A stretch of 64,000 nucleotides of DNA from Lama guanicoe (GCA_013239625.1 MU054212.1:8827084-8891083); one strand, 5' to 3'; counted from the stretch's first letter, positions 1 to 12,658 are shown. Translations and numbers: made by a program. The notes: generated by a model from the letters alone, not told the origin.

Positions 1-540
1 TAACACAGAAGCAACAAGAAAAGGGGATCTTGGCTCAGCCTGCCCTTGAATGAACAGGGAGAAGCTGGGCCCCCAGGAAAAGGGCCCCAGGAAGACCCCT
101 GCTCTGGGCCCACCCACCCTCTCACTGCCTAGTGCTGGCGGGATTGTGTTGTTGTGAATATAATGGAGCCTTGTTCCCAAACATACCATGATTTGGATCT
201 GCCCTTTTAGCTTCTATTTGCAGAAAATGTCTGCTGTCTCTACAGGGGAGGGAGCTTCCTGGCGCTGCTCTCAAGTTGTTTCCACTGCTCTCAAGTTGTT
301 TCCACCAGAGCTTCCACCCTGCCAGGCTTTGGGGAGGTACCTGCTCCCTGGCTGGCTGTCTCTTCCTGCTTCCTGCTGTGCTGGCCCTCTTCTGATTCTC
401 CATTAACATCTGGGTCAGCAGGCTCTCATGGTTAGCGAGGTATGCATTTCACAGCGGGAAACACTGGTTTCACTATCCAAACCAGGTTCAGCCTCCTCTG
501 AAATACCCACCACCATTCCAACTACTTGGCAGGAAATGTG

Positions 541-593
541 TTTTTTTACTGGAGGTACTGGGGATTGAACTCAGGACCTTTGTGCATGCTGAG
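541..593 (-). mobile_element. Truncated tRNA-Ala-derived SINE (Vic-1-like)
   Basis: ggaggtactggggattgaactcaggacct...gtgcatgct, the same core as the other copies. Confidence 0.7.
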
Positions 594-2694
594 ATAACCA
601 AGATGCTCACTTAGGTCACTGCCTGCCACCTAACCAGCAAGTTCAATAACCTGATTAGTCCTTGTTCTAACTGACTTTTCAGCCTTAGTTACCTCCTCTG
701 CCTCTTCTCCCATCTCTGCCAGTACCTTCTCATTAGTCAGTGGCATGGAGGCAGATGACGTTTAAATGTCACTGTCCCCAGGACTCTGACTTCTTTCCCT
801 GAACACTCCAGAGTTCCTGGGATGACTTCTCCACTAGGCCCTCCTGTGAGTTTTGTCTCCAACCAACTGTCCTTCCAGAGCCCTGGGCCCAAATTTCCAC
901 TTAGACATCCTGAACTGAGCTCCGTGTTGGCTCCCTGTGCCCCCTCCTCCCTGCATCCACCCAATCTCCCGAGCCAGTCCTCCCTCAGGCCCCATTTGTC
1001 CCCGAATTCCATGACTTCTGCACCATCTTGGCCTCAGATTGGGCCCTCGTGGCTCATCAGGACTCCTGCCCTCCCTCTGGCTGCATTGCTGCCTGCACCC
1101 TCCCCACACCTGAGCTCTTCCTAAGTGCTGCCAGGGTCTCAGACACACCTCTTCCTGTCCCTTCGGGACCCCATCCAGACTCCTTTCCGTTGCAGGGTCT
1201 GACCCACTCTCTTGCCTCACTCCCCATCTCCACTCCTCATCCCCACACCATAGCCTGTGCTCCAGCCTCATTGAAGGTCCTGCCTTTGGAGTTTTTTGAG
1301 CCTTTTTGCACCTCCAGGCCATTGCACTGGGAATGCTGTCCTCCCTCCCCCACTTTCTCCAGGATCCTCTGAAGTCCTAGGCAGGGGAGGCTCAACAGCT
1401 TGAAGGAAGGGTCTTCTCCAGCACTGCAGCATGGAGGGGCGATCTGATTGCAGGCCCATCTTTTGCATTGTCCTGGGGGCCTCTTAGCCCAGAGGCTGCC
1501 TCATGGACTGTTGTCTTCCCGGCACCTACCACGTTCCTAGCAGGGAGCAGCACCCCAGTGAACAGAGTGAGTGTCCCTGCTGAAGCCCGTTTTCATCTTC
1601 AGTAATTCAGCCTGGACAGTTGCAAAAGGTTGTAGCTGGTTTCCCTGCCCCCAGTTCCACCACCCCCAATCAGACTGGTCATGGCCATTGGACAGTTTGG
1701 CCACTTAAATCCCCTCCTGGGGGCACTTTCTTGCTCAAAAATCTTCAGAATGAAATTCCAGTCCCCTAGTCTGACTTAAAGCCTTTCAAAACCTGCCCCC
1801 AAACCTGCCCCACCTCCTTCCTCAACCACCAGACTCTTAGAGGCACTCACCGGCCTGTTGCCAAGTGAGTGAATGAACGAATAATACACGAATGGATGTC
1901 TTATGTGCAGTGGAGATTTTGAGAATGGAGCCCATTGCCAGGAAACACATCATCCCGAGGACAGAACCAGGTTCCGTGAGCTGGACCAGGGGCAAAGCCT
2001 CACCAAGGGGAGGGGTTTTAAGTACAAAATCAGGGCTCTCTCCTTACCTAGGTGGCTCTAGGCACATACTGTTCATGGTTCTTGGTGAGAAAGGGGTCGG
2101 GAGGGGCCAGTGAAGAGTTGTTTCACTACAAAGCTGTAAACTTGGGGTACGAAGGCTGGCTGCCTGGGGCCTCAGCATAGAGCAGCCCAGGCTCCTCCGA
2201 GGCTCTAGGGCCAGCAGCTGGACCAGGAAGGAGTGGCAGGCCTGTAGCACCAGACCGGGAGTTCCTTGAGTGATGAACACGTGTAAGACATTTGCTGGTG
2301 GGGGCTGGAGGGTCTGTTTCAGGCAGGGGAAGAGCGAGCACTCTTGATTTCTGACAGTCTGTTTCTGGCAGGAGAGGCCCGGGGAATCTTGGTGAAATGC
2401 CCCTGAAGGTGCCAGTTAGAGACGGATGCTCCCTCCCCCCATCCACCCTTCTTCCCTGTGGCCCAGGTCACAGCCGTTGTCCTTTGGACTCCTGGTTGGA
2501 AGCAGTTCCTGTCTCTCTTCTCTGGGGCACTCAGCCCCATTGTCTGTGTCCTTTCCCTACTTGGCTGTAGGCTCAGGATCTTCACAACCTCCTGAGCATA
2601 ACAAAGCCCTGGGCAGAGCCAGGGGCTTAAAGATACTTCTTGATTAAATGGTAGTTCAGTGGTTTTTTAGTGACCTTAATAGTTCTACACTGTA

Positions 2695-3690
2695 CTTCAA
2701 AGGACACAGTCAACAGAGTGGAAAGTCATCCTACAGAATGGGAGAAAATACTGCAAATTGTATATACCTGATGACGGGTTAACATCCAGACTGTATAAAG
2801 AACTCCTCCAACTCAGCAACAGCAGCAGCAACAATTTTTGTTACGAAAAAAAAAAGGGCAAATGACTTGAATAGGCAGTTCCCCATAGAGGATGTACAGA
2901 TGGCCAACAAGCACATGAAAAGATGCTCAACACCGCTAATCATTAGGGAAACTCAAATCACCACCACAGTGAGAGGCCACTTCATATCAAGGAGGATGGC
3001 TACCATAACAACAAAAGCCAAATCAAACCAAACAAAACCAGAAGATAAGTACTGGTGAGAATATGGAGAAATTGGAGCCCTTGTGCACTGTTGGTGAGAA
3101 TGTAAAATGGTGCAGCCATTGTGGAAAGCAATATGGCAATTCCTCAAAAATTAAGCATAGAAGTGCCATATGATCCAGCAATCCCACTTCTGGCTACATG
3201 TCCAAAAGAACTGGAAGAAGAGTCTCAAAGAGATACTCATACACCCATGTTCATAGCATTATGTACGATAGCCAAGAGGTAGAATATTCCAAGTGTCCAT
3301 CGACGGGTGAATGGGTCAACAAAATGTGGTGTATACATATAATGGAGCAGCCTTTCTTAAAAAGAAAAGTCTGAACACATGCTGCCACGTGGACATTATG
3401 CTAAGTGAAATAAGCTAGTCACAAAAAGACATACTATATGATTCCTCTTATATGAGGTACCTGCAGTAGCCAAATTCCTAGATGCAGAAAATAAAACGGT
3501 GGTTGCCAGGGCCTGGGGGCAGGGGGAGGGAGTTGTTATTTAATGGGTATAGGGTTTCAGTTTTGCAAGAAAAAAGAGTTCTGGAGATTGTTTGCACAAC
3601 AAGGTGAATATACTTGACACTACTGAACTGTGCACTTAAAGATCCCTACGACGGTAAATTTTATGTATATTTTAACAATTAAAAAAATTT
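2695..3690 (+). mobile_element. Old L1 (L1M-type) ORF2 3' end plus 3' UTR
   Basis: Degenerate ORF2 C-terminus (QMANKHMKRCST...), typical L1 3' UTR and A-rich end. Confidence 0.88.
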
Positions 3691-4829
3691 TTTTTTAATT
3701 TCTGACCTGGCCCATTCAGATTGCTCCCTAGGCAAGTTTGTCCTAATGTAGCACCAACCCCCACCACTCTCCCAAATTAGAGATGGGGAAACAGAGGCAC
3801 TGAGGACCACAGTGGTTTGCACCAGAGAGATGATTGAACAGCTTTAACTGGAGACTGACTTCCCAGGTGCTGGCTTGTCCATCTTCTAGCTGTGTGCCCT
3901 TGAGCAAGCCACTCTGCTGCTCTCTGCCTCAGCTTTCCCACCTATAAAGGCCACCTCATAGATCTGTTTATTTGTTGAATAATTAGTACAGGTAAGAGGA
4001 TAACACCTGCCCAGTGCAGTACCTGCTCCTGTTAGTACTGTTAGCAGAAGTCACATTTAGAGGAGGGAGTGTAGTGGAGCAGGGCCAAGATGCCCAAGGT
4101 TCCTGTTCCAAGTATGGCCAGAAGACACGCAGCAGGGAGGTGGGATGGATGGTGATGCTGAGGATGAAATCCATTCATCCTCATTCATTTCTTCCAGAAC
4201 AAGTATGCATCCTTGTAAGTGCCTGGGGATTCTGCAGGGAGTTAGATGAGACAGGGCAGTCTTTGGGCAGAGGCCACCCAAACAAGGAGGAGCTGGGGCA
4301 CCGGCTTTATCCGCTCTGTTGCTGCAGCCCCGGTATGGTGCAGCTCCAGGACCGACGCCTCTGGCCAGGGCCACACCAAGCTCCCCGGGAGGGTCTTTGT
4401 CAGATCTGGTATTGGGGGCTGGGCCAGGAGGGGCAGGGCTGTGCACGGCCCTCCCGTGGCTCTCACGGTGGGCCACCAGGGATGCAGAAACCTCGGGGTG
4501 CTTTTTATACAGGCAAAGGCTGGGCAAGGGGAGGGACGGCAGTGCTGTACCCATCCTCATGCATCCTAAGGAGCCTTCAGCCCACACACTGGGCGACTGT
4601 GGGCCTGGCGAGCTTGTGGCTTGGGTGCCCTTCCCACCTCCTTCCACCGCGGCATGCTTGGAGAGCCAGTGGTTCATTCCTGGGCCCCCACATTTGGGTA
4701 CCCAACCTGACACGCATGTGGGTCCTCACCTAAGCCCCCAGCTCAGAGGGTTCCACACAACTTCCCCCTCTCCTCAACTGGGTTCCACCCCTGCACTTTT
4801 CCTGAGCTTCCAGTGCCTGGTCCCTTTTT

Positions 4830-6400
4830 ACTCCATCCGTGAAGCGGGCCCGCACCTGCCCGCCCGCTCCCGAGCTCGCACTCGCCGCGCACTACCCGCA
4901 CATGAGTTGGGCCCCGTGCTTGAGACAATGGTGCCCCGGGACAGAACCGCTCTGCCCCCAGCACCCTAGAGGCAAGCCGGAGGGGAGCAAAGGAGATGCT
5001 TTTGCCGGGGTCCCACGCTAGATATCCGGGCCCGACGGTGCGTACCTGCCGAGAACTTATTAAGCAACCTCATAGATCCCGAATTCTCCCTCTTCCACCT
5101 TTTGCTCAGCAGCATTCCCAGAAGCGCCGGGCACACGCCCTACTAAGGACTGGCAACACGGAGAGTGTCCTTGCAAACTCCTCATCCCCCACACTAGGGT
5201 CCCTCCACGGAAAATGAGGGTCTCGGGCGCTGCGCTGGGCTCGGGCTAGGGAGAGTCCAGCGTGGGGGGAACGCTAGGTTCCAGGATGCCCAGCAGGAAA
5301 AAGGGATTCGTTACTTCTTCCACAAGCTTCTCCCTGAGACAGAAGATAACTGAGAACTTGGTGTTCCGAGTGTCTGGGGGCATCTCAGTGGACTGCGTGG
5401 GAAAGCAATTAAGAGACAACCACCACGCGCACCCCTCCCCACACCCCTAGGTGGGAGAAGGGTAGGAAAAAGTGGAATTCCGCCAGTCAGCGCTCCCGGG
5501 GCAAGCCGGGCCCGCCGGGAAAGGCGCCGCCCCTCGGCGGGGACCCGGAGACACAGGCCGGAGGGGAGGCGCGGCGGGGGCGGAGCCGCGGCGGGCGGGC
5601 CTCGGCGTTTCCCCCGCGAGACCTGCCTGGACGGCGCCGCGGGCGGGCCTGGGTCATGGCCGGCGGGGCCGCGCAGCCAGGGGCCGAGCTGCTGGCCTTC
5701 GCGGGGTTCCTGGACTCGAGCCCGCAGCCTCTCGCCTACGGGTACGGCCGACGGAGCCTGAGGGAGCTGCGGGCGCGCGAATTCAGCCGCCTGGCAGGTG
5801 AGACCGGCGGGGGCATCTGAGCGGACCTGGCCGGGCGGCTGTCGGGGCGCACGGTTTCTAGAACCGACGTGAAAGGAGCTTTTGCACCAGGTGGGAGCGG
5901 CGTCACCTCACTGGGGATGTATTTTGAATCGAAAGACCTGCAGGGAATGTGTCCACGGGCCACCTTGGTGGACGCGGCACCCCGAGGTCCCACCTGCAGC
6001 CCCTGCGGCCCCAAGACTTCTTGCTCCTTAGACTTCCCAGTGGTGGAGGACCAGCCTGGTCCTTTTCCACCAGTTCCGCCCTCCGCGAATAGAGCCTGAG
6101 ATTCTCCTTGCCTTCGTTTGCCACGAGACTCCCGACTCTAAAGGTCCAACTGTAGCCGGGGTTGCAAAATGCAGGAATGCCCGGCGGCCTTGACTGCTCG
6201 GGTGCTCGCCCGGGGACAGGAGCTTTGCAAGGAGGCCAGCGAGCGGGATTGGGACCGCGACTTGCGGGCGCGCGGGGTGGGGAGCGAGGGACTGCGGCCA
6301 CTGGGCCGGGACCTCCCAAGGCTGCGCTCCAGACTGCTCTGGGATCGCTCCCAGCAGCTTTTATTTTCGAAGTCTGCTTTTTCTCACTCGTGCGGTCGGA
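4830..6400. promoter_or_regulatory. CpG island / TATA-less MOCOS promoter with GC boxes
   Basis: Very high GC and CpG density around exon 1; Sp1-type GGGGCGGAGC at 5577-5586 and further GGGCGG motifs. Confidence 0.85.
5656..5797 (+). CDS. MOCOS: MOCOS exon 1 (coding part), MAGGAAQPGAELL...YGYGRRSLRELRAREFSRLA
   Basis: Strong Kozak gtcATGG; donor G|GTGAGA at 5798; N-terminus matches MOCOS (LRELRAREFSRLAG). Confidence 0.96.
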
Positions 6401-6556
6401 CTTCCAAGACTATGTTGAATAGGAGTGGTGATAGTGGGCAGCCTTGTCTTGTCCCAGATTTTAGTGGGAAGCTTTTGAGTTTTTCACCGTTGAGTACTAC
6501 GCTGGCTGTAGGTTTGTCATATATAGCTTTTATTATGTTGAGATATGTTCCCTCTA
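6401..6556 (-). mobile_element. Internal L1 ORF2 (RT region) fragment without poly(A), flanked by 17-bp direct repeat
   Basis: Minus strand encodes [52 protein letters not shown]. Flanks are tcactcgtgcggtcgga (6384-6400) and tcactcgtgcagtcgga (6557-6573). Confidence 0.92.
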
Positions 6557-6843
6557 TCACTCGTGCAGTCGGAACAACGCCTCAGAACTCCTGCTCGCTG
6601 GGGGACCTGAAGAATTAGCAAACCGTATACTTTGAACTCTAAGATGTCTTGTCCCAGATTTTAGTGGGAAGCTTTTGAGTTTTTCACCGTTGAGTACTAC
6701 GCTGGCTGTAGGTTTGTCATATATAGCTTTTATTATGTTGAGATATGTTCCCTCTATCACTCGTGCAGTCGGAACAACGCCTCAGAACTCCTGCTCGCTG
6801 GGGGACCTGAAGAATTAGCAAACCGTATACTTTGAACTCTAAG
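6445..6843. repeat. Perfect tandem duplication, 2 x 199 bp (6445-6643, 6645-6843)
   Basis: The two copies are identical by eye and separated by a single A at 6644. Confidence 0.95.
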
Positions 6844-7918
6844 TACAGGGCGAATCTGTAAATTGGAATTGGTGAGGACCGGGATCACATCGTGCCTTCG
6901 AGTTCCGCAAGGCGGAACAGGCAGGTTCAACTGGAAATCAAGTTCGAGGTGGCCCGTGGTCCTCCCAACCCGTGGCTGCGGGGCGGGAGGGTGGCCCCAC
7001 ATGGGATCGGGTTGAGACTTACCCTTTTGCCAGGGATCTACTGTGAGGGGCTTCGTCAAGCCTTAGAGCGGCGTGCTGGTTGAACTGAGCGGGGCCCGGG
7101 GTAAATGGGCAGCTCGTGCGCCAGGCACTGAGATTTGAGGTGTGTTTATTCCGTCGTGGTGAACAGCTGGTGCTGATTGCCTGCTTGTGGCAGAACAGCA
7201 ACCATGATTTGCCTTTGAGGAATCAGGTAGCTGATTTCATCTCTTTGGGTCATTTCCTCATGTTTTGGAATGCTACTGTTTTTTCCCTTTGGGGGCTTAA
7301 AGAGCTGTGGCCTCCTCCTTCAGTGCCCCCCCCTTTCAGTGTCCCCTGTCTGTACTTAAGTAAGGAAGCTCAGGGAGGAGGCAGGTGCCCTTCTGGCGGC
7401 CTCTTTTTACTCCCTCCTTGTTTTTCAGAGCCACCCATTCACCTGCTGGAGACAGCGACTCCTTCTTCTGCTCCCACATCCTTTCTCTTTCTTTCCCTGT
7501 CTCTCCCCATCTCTCCCTCTCTCTCTAAAACTTTTTAGTTACGGAAATTTCCTACCCACAGAAATAGAGACACTGATAGAATGAGCACCTACAGGTGCAG
7601 AGGCATGAGAAAGCTGCCCATTCTTTTGAAGCTAATCCCCGGGGCTTTTATTGTTCAGTAGGTAATTATTTCAGTATCACGCCTCCTTAATCCACTAGTC
7701 CCTTCCAGCTCTGATCCGTCACACCCTTCATCCTTCACACCCTTCATCCCTCAACCCTGGGAAAGTTCTAGATCCCTCTTTGTTTCGTTCTTGTCTCTCG
7801 GAGAACTGTGCCCTTTCTATCAAATGTAGAATTTAGATGTGATAGCCAGGATCCCAGGCTGGCTTTCAGTGCCTGTTTAACATCTACTGAATTTGTGGTA
7901 GTGTTTTTGTGCATTGAC

Positions 7919-7926
7919 TGTGTATG

Positions 7927-8010
<84 letters not shown>
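7919..8010. repeat. Compound microsatellite (TG)n(TATG)n(TATC)n
   Basis: Directly visible. Confidence 0.95.
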
Positions 8011-8610
8011 ACTATCTGGTACAATTTCCCAGCATTTTGTCTACATTATGCTGAAGTAGACTTTTGTGGACTAAACTTACCTTTCCCACCACAGGAAGTC
8101 TTAGAACACATCCCCCTTTTTTTTCACATAGAAACAAATGAACCAGAGAGAGGGCAGGGAAAAACAACTAAACCAAACCAAAATAACAGAAGCTTCACCT
8201 CTATTTCCTTCTCCTGACCCCACCCCCCTCCACTCCATAGTTTTCCTGCCGATTTGAGAATTTGGTTAAGTGGTACTCTGGATAATTAAGTGCTTAACCT
8301 GTAAGTGCTGAAAAATCTTGCCTAACCAACTTGTTTTGGTGGAGGGAGACTATTGATTACACAGATGTGGTTCAAGTGGGTCTTGAAGCCTCACGGTGCT
8401 GATTGATGGCCACTTACTCACGTGGAACCAAGAACTGAAGATGTGTGAATCAGAAGAGACCCTGGAATTTCCTTTCTTGAAGACCTAATGCCAGTTGGTT
8501 TTGGGGTCATTTGCTTGCTTCTTCTAATAATAGCTAAGCCTTATGGAGTGTTTATTGTGCACCAGGCAATGGACTGGGCACTGTCATATACCAGCTCATT
8601 TAGCCCTTAT

Positions 8611-8955
8611 CCCGCTTGCAGAGCAGTGAAACGGGATTCAGCCCAGGTTGGTTGACTTGGGTTCTGCACTGTTAACCACTATGCTGGCTGACCTTCTAAT
8701 AAGATCAGGTCTCTAGCTGACCTAACATGGCTGCCTTGTTTTACAAAGTTAACTACTGGATCAAAGGTCAAAGCAGCCTTCTACCCGCTTGCAGAGCAGT
8801 GGAACAGGATTCAGCCCAGGTTGGTTGACTTGGGTTCTGCACTGTTAACCACTATGCTGGCTGACCTTCTAATAAGATCAGGTCTCTAGCTGACCTAACA
8901 TGGCTGCCTTGTTTTACAAAGTTAACTACTGGATCAAAGGTCAAAGCAGCCTTCT
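8611..8955. repeat. Tandem duplication, 2 x 172 bp (8611-8782, 8784-8955)
   Basis: Copies differ at 2 positions (gtgaaacgggatt vs gtggaacaggatt) and are separated by a single A at 8783. Confidence 0.95.
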
Positions 8956-9374
8956 CCGAAATGGCTTCCTGCAGAGGACTGTGGGCGAGGTGCCTGGTGC
9001 TCCCCAGCAGCAGGTTTCACATGGGCACTGTGGCTCCCCAGGAGCACGTCCCTGATGCGTGGGTGTACAAAAGCCTTTCTTTTGACGTGGTTCCTTTGTA
9101 TTTCAGAATCTTCAGTAAATGAGAACATTATTTTAAAACTAATTTTTTTGGACTAGGTGATACATTTACCTGGTACCAAATTCAAAAGGCGCCAAAGGAG
9201 GACGAAAAATGGCCGAGGAGCCCCTCTCTCACTCCAAGCTGCAGCCGTGGTGGCCACCCCAGTGTCAGCTGCTGCCTTTCGTGTCTTGTGTGCCTTCCTA
9301 GTGGTTGTCTATATTTATATGTGTGTGTATGTGGGTTTTTTTAAAAACAAAATTAAGCCACAATATTTCTTTTA

Positions 9375-9400
9375 TTTAATTTTTTGAGGGGTAGGTAAAT

Positions 9401-9443
<43 letters not shown>

Positions 9444-9521
9444 TGTGGTGGTACTGAGGATTGAACCCAGGACCTCATGCATGCTAAGTGTGCACTCTAC
9501 CACTGAGCTATACCCTCCCCC
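9375..9521 (-). mobile_element. Vic-1-like tRNA-Ala-derived SINE with (TTTA)n tail
   Basis: Reverse complement starts GGGGAGGGTATAGCTCAGTGGTAGAG (A box) and contains GGTTCAATCC (B box). Confidence 0.9.
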
Positions 9522-9526
9522 GCCTT

Positions 9527-9705
9527 TAATTTTATTTTGTTATTGAAATGTAGTTGATTTACAGTGTTACTTTCAGGTGTACAGCAAAGTGATTCAGTTA
9601 TACATATACATACAAATAGATATATATTTTTCAGATTCTTTTCCATTATATCTTATTATAAGAAATTGCATATAATTCCCTGTGCTGTACAGTAGATCCT
9701 TGTTG
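9527..9705 (-). mobile_element. Cetartiodactyl-type L1 3' end fragment
   Basis: gtagttgatttacagtgtt...caggtgtacagcaaagtgattcagttatacatatac signature. Confidence 0.8.
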
Positions 9706-9855
9706 GAGCCATAACATTTCTTATCACCTGGAATAGTTTATATTTATTTTATTTTTGTCACTATCATACCAGCTTCTATTTTGTCTGCTATTATGTCCCC
9801 AACACTTAGAACAGTGCCTGGAACATAGTAAGTGCTCAATAAATATTTCTTGAAT

Positions 9856-11685
9856 ATAAAAACACTCAAAACGTAGGAATAAAGAGAAATTTAATTAACC
9901 TGATAAAGGCCATCTACAAAAAGCCACAGCTAACATCCTACTTAATGGGGAAAAAATGAAAATGTTACTGTTAAGATCGGGACCAAGCCAAGGATGTCTG
10001 TCCTCACCACTTCTATTCAATGTTGTGCTAGAGGTTCTAGCCAGTACAACTGTGCAAGAAAATAAAACAAAAGGCATCCAGATTAGAAAAGAAGAAGAAA
10101 AACATCTCTACTTGCTGAGAGCATGATCTTATATATAGATCTTATATATAGAAAAATCTATGCACAAAACTATTAGAGCTAAAAAATGAGTTTGGTGGGA
10201 GGGAAATAGCTCAGCGGTAGAGCTGCATGCTTAGCATGCATGAGGTCCTGGGTTAAATCCCCAGTACCTCCATTAAAAAAGAAAAAAGAAAAAAGAAAAA
10301 AACAAGTTCAGCAAAATTGTAGGATAGAAGATCAGTATACAAACATCAATTCGATTTCTATACAGTATCAACGAACACTATGAAAGTGAAATAAAGGAAA
10401 TAAATCCCAAAGCATCAAGAATAAGATACACAGGAATAAATTTATCAAAAGATGTGCAAGACTTATACACTGAAAACTACAAAACATCACTGAAGGAAAT
10501 AAAAGAAGACCTAAATAAATGGAAAGACATCCTGTATTCATCGATTGGAAGACTTAATATACATTAAGATGGCAATACTTCCCAAACTGACGTATAGAGT
10601 CAACGCAATTCCTATCAAAATCCCAGGTACTTTTTTGACAAGTTAATTCTAAAATTCATATAGAAATGCAAGGAACCCAGAATACCCAAAGCAACCTTGA
10701 AAAAGAATGAAGTTGAAGGATTCAACACTTCCCATAAAAGTAAGATTTACATAAAGTTACAGTAATCAAGACCATTTGTTATTGGCAGAAGGAGTAGAAT
10801 TGTAAGTCCAGAAATAAACCCAATACTTCTATAGTCAATTTATTTTCAACAGCTTGCCAAGACTACTCAATAAGAAATAGTCTCTTAAATGGTGTATCCA
10901 CACACAAAAGACTGACATTCGACCCCTACCTCAACAATGTATTCAAAAATTAACTCAGAATGAGTCAAAGACATAAACATAAGAGCTAAAAGTATAAAAG
11001 TCTTAGAAGAGAGCATACATAAAAATTGTCAGGACATTGGATTAGACAGTGGTTTCTTATGACACCAAAAATACAAGCAACAGTAAAACAAAAATAGACA
11101 AATGAGACTTTATCAAAATTAAAAAAAATTATTTTTTAATGGATAACCAACCAAACAGGAGAAAACTTATGTCCACACAAAAACAAGTACACAAATACTC
11201 ATAGCAGTATTACTTATAATAGGCAAAAATGGAAACAACCCAAATATTCATCAGCAGATGACTAGATAAATGAAATGTGGCACATCCATATAATGGAATA
11301 TTATTCAGTCATAAAAAAGAATGAAGTTCTGATACATGCTACAAAATGGATGCACCTTGGAATTATTATGGTAAGTGAAAGAAAGCAGACACAAAAGACC
11401 ACATATCATATGATTCCCTTTATATGCAATATCCAGAATAGGCAAATCTATAGAGACAGAAAGTAGATTAGTGATTGCCAGGGTCTAGGGCTAGGTGGAT
11501 TGGGGAAGTGAGTGGCAATGGGAATGGAGTCTCTTTTGGGGAATAATGAAATGTTCTAAAATTAGATACTGGTAATGGTTGCACAACTTTGTGAATATAC
11601 TAAAACCACAAAATTGTACATTCTAAAAGGGTGAAGTTTATGATAATGTGAATTAATCTCAATAAAGATGTTATAAAACAAATGA
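9856..11685 (+). mobile_element. Sense-oriented old L1 (ORF2 fragments plus 3' UTR), interrupted by a SINE
   Basis: Degenerate RT/ORF2 sequence ([27 protein letters not shown]-like) and 3' UTR ending with AATAAA at 11661. Confidence 0.88.
10197..10302 (+). mobile_element. Vic-1-like SINE nested in L1
   Basis: gggagggaaatagctcagcggtagag...ggtcctgggttaaatccccagtacctcca followed by an A-rich tail. Confidence 0.88.
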
Positions 11686-12658
11686 AAAGGCCATCCTGCA
11701 CAAAACAAAACAAAAATATTTGTTAAGTGCATGCATGAAAGAACAAATGAATCTATTCACATTGTGTGTCTGTGAGATGTATCTCAGAGTTTGTTCCATG
11801 TTAGTACTTACAAAGTACTAGATGGGTGTACACAAATTCTTTGTTCTGAATACATATGGATGGATATTTAAGACATTTCCAAACTTTTGCTGTTGCAGAC
11901 AATGATGCACTGAATAGCTTGTTTGACAGGCCATTTCACAATATATAGGATAGATTCCTAGGAGATGAATTTCTAGGTCAAAGAATTTGCATTTTAAAGC
12001 ATGCGCTATTGCTAAACTGTTGTCCATAAAGAAGTTGTACCAGTTTACCCTCCTACCAGTGGGCCTGTGTCCCCATGCCCTCACCTGCACGGTGAGTTAC
12101 CCAACCTTTTGATCTGGGGCAATCAGACTGATAAGGCTTGGTAGCACACTGTCATCTAAATTTGCCTTTCTCTGTTTATGAGACTGGAAAGATTGTTTTC
12201 ATTCCTAGTAATCTCCGAAGCTGCCAAAGCTGTGCTAGGATCGAAGACTGTGGAACTCACTATGGGAAAGTAGAATCAGGGCTGGACAGTCAGGGAGGCT
12301 TCACAGAAACTCCAAAATAGGGTGTGAGTCATAATATGAAATAGCTTTGCTGTCATTAATCATGAGCGTCTGTTGGGCCCCTCCTGTGTGTGGGCTGCTT
12401 TTCCTGGTTCCGAAGATTAATCAGGAAGGCTCTCGGGGATCGAAAGGTCATTAACAGTTGGAAGTGCAGTCCTTCATGGCTTATGCCTACACTTGGATGA
12501 AGAGGTGCGTAGCAAGAGGCTGCAAGAAATTGGTGGCCTGGTATTATGTCTAAACGCAACAAATGGACGCTGGTCCGGCTCACACAAACCAGATCTAGGT
12601 AAAATGAGTGGAATAGCGCTGAAAAATAACCACAGCTTTCTTTTGCGTTTTCTTTTAG

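Noticed and set aside
4014..4969. Overlapping 216-239 aa ORFs on both strands upstream of MOCOS
   Set aside because: GC-rich sequence with few stop codons and no recognisable domain. Long ORFs in several frames at once are expected by chance.
6384..6843. Repeat-spacer-like pattern (17-mer occurring three times)
   Set aside because: Not CRISPR-like. It is explained by a TSD plus a later tandem duplication in a mammalian intron, and the intervening segments largely duplicate each other.
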